This document shows positions 60,438-64,000 of a stretch of DNA of 64,000 nt, in pieces. Source of the DNA: Candidatus Pacebacteria bacterium GW2011_GWA1_46_10 (GTDB lineage Bacteria > Patescibacteriota > Microgenomatia > UBA1400 > PJMF01); NCBI GenBank assembly GCA_001002135.1, contig LCLP01000001.1:142108-206107 (forward strand), read 5' to 3'. The first letter of the stretch is position 1. The number at the start of each line of letters is the position of its first letter. The position numbers and the translations under genes are program-made. The notes below the pieces were generated by a model. It saw only the letters and a list, made by a program, of their open reading frames with translations, did not search any database and was not told the origin of the DNA.

Positions 60438-61445
60438 ATGTCTCGGATTTTGGTCATTACTCCTTCCTATGATCCTCGTTTGGGGGGAGTCGAGAACCAT
60501 GTGTGGTCCACCAGTCAGTTACTATGGCAAAAAGGCTACAAAATCACCATTTTGACCCAGCGTTTTCCTGGTTTACCAGAGAGTGAAACGAAAGCAAACA
60601 TCCCGATTTACCGCTTTGATTTTCCGCGGATTCGTTTTTTTGGTCTGTTGATCATCTGGTGGTGGGTATTCACTCGTTTTGGTCGGTTGATTGATGAAGC
60701 GGATATTATTCATATTCATGATGTGTTTATCTGGTACCTGCCGCTGCGGCTGCTGTTTTGGCGTAAAAGAGTAATCACTACCTTTCATGGCTGGGAAGGG
60801 ATTTATCCGGTGCCGCGCAAAAATATCTGGATTCGGCAGTTGGCCAATGTTCTCTCACACCGTACGGTAGCGATTGGGGCGTATTTGGAAAAGTACTATC
60901 ACTTCAAGGCCGACAAAGTGATTTATGGTGGCGTGGAAGTGCCTCGCGGCCGGATGAAAAAAGATAACCTCTTGTTGTATATGGGCCGCCTGGACTATGA
61001 CACCGGGCTGCCGGTGCTACTACAGGCACTCGAAACTAAAAGCTGGTCGGGCAAAGTGGTTTTTTGCGGTGATGGATTATTACGGGAGCAGGCAGAGGCA
61101 TTGGGGGAAGTAAAAGGCTTTGTTGACCCGATACCGTATTTGAAAAAGGCCAAAGTGGTTTTTGCCGGTGGGTACTTGTCGATTCTAGAAGCTTTTGCCT
61201 ATCAGTGCGCGGTGGTGGCGGCGCAGAAAAATCCGCTCAAAAAAGATTACTACTTGTTGTCACCCTTTGCCCCGTGGTTAACGGTCGTTGACACGCCGGA
61301 AGACTTGACTCGCTTTCTCAAGTTGGTTCAGGATAAGTCAGCCAAAGTGCAGTACACGGTGGAGAAAGCCTTGGCGTGGGCCAAAACGCAAAATTGGCAG
61401 GCAGTGGCTAAGCAGTATGAATCGCTATATCAAGCTTTTACTTGA
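60438..61445 (+). CDS. Glycosyltransferase (GT-B, family 4-like)
   Basis: N-terminal ILVITPSYDPRLGGVENHV and C-terminal Rossmann half are typical of GT4 enzymes. Confidence 0.6.
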   Translation: MSRILVITPSYDPRLGGVENHVWSTSQLLWQKGYKITILTQRFPGLPESETKANIPIYRFDFPRIRFFGLLIIWWWVFTRFGRLIDEADIIHIHDVFIWYLPLRLLFWRKRVITTFHGWEGIYPVPRKNIWIRQLANVLSHRTVAIGAYLEKYYHFKADKVIYGGVEVPRGRMKKDNLLLYMGRLDYDTGLPVLLQALETKSWSGKVVFCGDGLLREQAEALGEVKGFVDPIPYLKKAKVVFAGGYLSILEAFAYQCAVVAAQKNPLKKDYYLLSPFAPWLTVVDTPEDLTRFLKLVQDKSAKVQYTVEKALAWAKTQNWQAVAKQYESLYQAFT

Positions 61446-61460
61446 TATAATTCACCCATT

Positions 61461-61787
61461 ATGAATCATAAAATTGAAGAACTGAGTCCAAGGGAAATCG
61501 ATGTGCTTAATCAAGTGAAAGAAGGAAGAACTGCTTACAGTGAAGTTGCCTCTGATTTGTCCATTAGTCTCGATACAGTAAAACGTCATTTTGAAAATAT
61601 TTATGCGAAACTTGAGTTGAAAAGCGAGTTGGTGAAAAGTGGAAACGTGATGATTAAAGCGCTCATAAAGGCGATTCGGTTGGGATATATAAAAGATTTT
61701 GAGCCATCTATAAAAGTTGAAGAAACTCCGATCTATAAAAAAGCAATCACCGCAAGCTCTGGTGGGAAAGATTCTGAAGAGCGGTAA
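61461..61787 (+). CDS. Stand-alone LuxR/GerE-type HTH DNA-binding protein
   Basis: LSPREIDVLNQVKEGRTAYSEVASDLSISLDTVKRHFENIYAKL matches the LuxR C-terminal HTH. Locally AT-rich. Confidence 0.6.
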   Translation: MNHKIEELSPREIDVLNQVKEGRTAYSEVASDLSISLDTVKRHFENIYAKLELKSELVKSGNVMIKALIKAIRLGYIKDFEPSIKVEETPIYKKAITASSGGKDSEER

Positions 61788-61797
61788 TGTGTCAACG

Positions 61798-62820
61798 TTA
61801 CAAATGCCGCAGTTTTTTGCGGATGGTTTCAAACAGATAGGTTAGCCAATAGAGTGGGGAAACTGGCAGATCATGGGCGGGGAGATACGCCACTTCCTGC
61901 CCGCCAAAGCCGCGTTTGAAAAGTGAGACACCTGAGAAACGATGATGTTTTTCTTCCTTGGGGGCAATGCCCCAGAAGTTGTAGCGGGTGCAGCCGCGCC
62001 GTCGCGCTTCCTGGATGGCGGTCCACTGCGCGGCATAGGCACCGGCTAGTTGTTCGTTGGCCGGCGTGGAAATACCGTAGTGATAAACGGCCTCCCTGTT
62101 GTAGAAGATCACGAAAGCAGTGGCTAGTAACCGTTCGCCCTGGAAACTGGAAATTAACACGGCTTGGTCGTCGTTGGCGAACACTTTGAACTGCTCGTAC
62201 AAGAATTGATAGGAAAATGGCACAAAGTGATGTTTGGTCGCCAGTGCCACTTGGTGTTCATAGAATTTTTTAATTTCTGCCGGATTTTCGGTAATTTCGG
62301 TGTGAATTTTTTGTTTTTGTGCTTGGCGAATTTCATAGCGCGTGTTTTTGCGCATCCCGCGCAAAATCTCCTCTTCCGATTGAGTGAGATCCAGTTGGAG
62401 GGTGAGGTCGGCCGTCAAATGCATTGGAGCAGGGCGGAGACCAAATTTTTTGAGTTGGGCACGGAACTCAGCCGAATCCAGCGCTTGAGGTCGAAAGCGA
62501 ACAAAGAGACATTTTTCCTGATTTGCCAGTCTTTTTAGCTGATTAAAAATTACTTGAAGTTGATCTGGAGATGATCTTTGCCAATCAATAATCGGTCCAC
62601 CGGCAATGGCCAAGTAACTGCCGCGTTTGGCCGCTTCTTTGACCACCAGCAGCGCGCCAATTTGTTGATGATCTTCAAACACACCCAACTGAAAGATTTT
62701 TTTACCAATCGCTACTTGAAACTCACCCCAATTCCAAGCCTGCAGGAAATTAGCTTCGGGACGAGAGAAAATAAACTGCTCCCACTGCTCCTTGGTGTTG
62801 ATTGGTTTTAGTTCTAACAT
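61798..62820 (-). CDS. FemAB-family aminoacyltransferase (peptidoglycan interpeptide bridge formation)
   Basis: Tandem GNAT-like halves, a coiled-coil insertion and C-terminal FKRGFGG are characteristic of the FemABX family. Confidence 0.7.
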   Translation of the reverse strand: MLELKPINTKEQWEQFIFSRPEANFLQAWNWGEFQVAIGKKIFQLGVFEDHQQIGALLVVKEAAKRGSYLAIAGGPIIDWQRSSPDQLQVIFNQLKRLANQEKCLFVRFRPQALDSAEFRAQLKKFGLRPAPMHLTADLTLQLDLTQSEEEILRGMRKNTRYEIRQAQKQKIHTEITENPAEIKKFYEHQVALATKHHFVPFSYQFLYEQFKVFANDDQAVLISSFQGERLLATAFVIFYNREAVYHYGISTPANEQLAGAYAAQWTAIQEARRRGCTRYNFWGIAPKEEKHHRFSGVSLFKRGFGGQEVAYLPAHDLPVSPLYWLTYLFETIRKKLRHL

Positions 62821-62825
62821 TATTT

Positions 62826-63953
62826 TTATTTGGCAAAATATTTTTTAATAATCATGATGATTTTTTCCGCGTCACTGACAGAAATTTTGGCGTGAGTGGG
62901 CAGATTAATCATAGTCCGACTCAACTTTTCTGCGTTCGGGCAAGAACCCGCTTGGTACTGAGTGTCGCACTGCCGCTGACCACAATCAACCGGTTCGCGG
63001 TACCAGCGGTCGGTCAGGTGGATATTGTGGGTTTTCAGGAACCTTAGTAAAGACTGAGGATCATCGACCGTCGCCGCTACCCGTAACAGTGAACCGTTTT
63101 TCAGGTGGGTGGTTTCAGTCAGTAGTTTTAATGGTGTCTCAATTAATTTTTCCAAGTAAAGCGCCGCTGTCACCTGTCGGAGGCGACGAATAGCGTCGAC
63201 CTGTTTGAGTTGACCAAGCGCTAAGATCGCCAAACTATCAGGCAAAGCAGTGATCTTGTTGGTGGGTGATTGAGTGGGGTTACCCATGAGACCGATAACA
63301 GTTAAGGTTTTATGGATGAGCTTACCGAGTAAAAAGTCGTACGTGCCGCGGATAAGTGAAGTAAAAAGTGGATATGCCAGGTCGTTGAGCACCACTGACT
63401 TGGGAGTGGCTGGCAGGTTAGGGAAAGATTGAGTTGGTTTCTGGCGGAAAACCACCGCCCCGCCGCTGACCGCGTCGATTACTTTATCACGACCAAAAGA
63501 CAGAATTACCACATCCCCAAAAGTGCCCAGTAGCTTTCCATTGGCAGTGGCACCGTAACTTTGAGCTAGATCTTCGATTAGTAACAGTTGGTGTTGTTGA
63601 CACCACGCCTTGATTTTGCTCATCTCTGCCGGGTGACCGAGGGTGTTTTGGACAATGACCGCTTTGACATGCTTAGCCTTTTTATACGCTTGAGTGAGTG
63701 TGGCCACTGTCAGGTTGAGTTGGTTTTCGCCCAGGTCCACGTACTGTACGTGCGCGCCGGCTCGGGTGATGCCTTCTTCGATGGCGTGGCAAGTAAACGC
63801 TTGAATGAGGACGGTTTGAGTTTGTTGGGTGATGCCGTAAGCCCGCAGTGCCAGCTCGATCGCGTCACGGCCTTTGTACACCAGTACTGCCTGCCCGCCG
63901 AAAGTTTGTTCCAGCCCTACTCTCAACGGGTTGGTAACGTCTTGGATCGGCAA
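62826..63953 (-). CDS. DegT/DnrJ/EryC1/StrS-family PLP-dependent sugar aminotransferase
   Basis: PLP-lysine motif ILSFGRDKVIDAVSGG within an aspartate-aminotransferase-like fold. Confidence 0.75.
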   Translation of the reverse strand: MPIQDVTNPLRVGLEQTFGGQAVLVYKGRDAIELALRAYGITQQTQTVLIQAFTCHAIEEGITRAGAHVQYVDLGENQLNLTVATLTQAYKKAKHVKAVIVQNTLGHPAEMSKIKAWCQQHQLLLIEDLAQSYGATANGKLLGTFGDVVILSFGRDKVIDAVSGGAVVFRQKPTQSFPNLPATPKSVVLNDLAYPLFTSLIRGTYDFLLGKLIHKTLTVIGLMGNPTQSPTNKITALPDSLAILALGQLKQVDAIRRLRQVTAALYLEKLIETPLKLLTETTHLKNGSLLRVAATVDDPQSLLRFLKTHNIHLTDRWYREPVDCGQRQCDTQYQAGSCPNAEKLSRTMINLPTHAKISVSDAEKIIMIIKKYFAK

Positions 63954-64000
63954 ACCAAGTAGCGTCTGCCAGAAAAGCTGACTACTTTGGCTGACGAACT

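Overview
This 64 kb window is a gene-dense, streamlined chromosomal segment centred on the classic bacterial translation and transcription core, run together on the + strand.

Core gene order: rpoB-rpoC, then rpsL-rpsG-fusA-tuf, then the S10-spc-alpha ribosomal-protein operons (rpsJ ... rplO-secY-adk-infA-rpmJ-rpsM-rpsK-rpsD-rpoA-rplQ-rplM-rpsI).

Lineage inference: several features point to a CPR/Patescibacteria-like (possibly Saccharibacteria-like) organism with a Gram-positive-type envelope.
- No rpmD (L30) between rpsE and rplO.
- No rplJ-rplL upstream of rpoB.
- No map between adk and infA.
- Many ribosomal proteins carry Lys/Glu-rich tails.
- A sortase, a FemAB-family gene and a lamin-tail-domain (LTD) surface protein are present.
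This is inference from gene content only. The standard genetic code applies, since TGA and TAA are used as stops.

Flanking the core:
- Upstream: RNase J (3' fragment), ftsK, an ABC-2 exporter pair, comFC, alaS, an FtsA/PilM-like membrane protein plus sortase, ruvX and mltG.
- Downstream: hup, vanZ, a disrupted LTD surface protein, capA, upp, a DNA glycosylase, an adenylate-forming enzyme with an extra C-terminal domain, a DsbA/DsbB/cupredoxin cluster, and a cell-wall/glycan cluster (GT2, GT4, solo LuxR-HTH, FemAB, DegT).

Features I identified that the ORF track does not show:
- a tmRNA (ssrA) gene on the minus strand, next to a low-GC two-gene islet;
- three tRNAs on the minus strand: Val-CAC, Ser-GGA and Ser-GCU, two of them overlapped by spurious ORFs;
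- rpmJ (L36), 37 aa;
- a 58-aa sORF between fusA and tuf;
- recurring extended -10 promoter motifs (TATGTTACAAT x3, TGGTATAAT x2);
- a strong intrinsic terminator after tuf;
- a structured ~800 bp noncoding region upstream of rpoB carrying a 17-nt direct repeat;
- a dispersed AT-rich 16-nt repeat family occupying operon junctions, including a perfect 16-bp inverted repeat flanking rpsD.

I found no CRISPR array, transposase or integrase.
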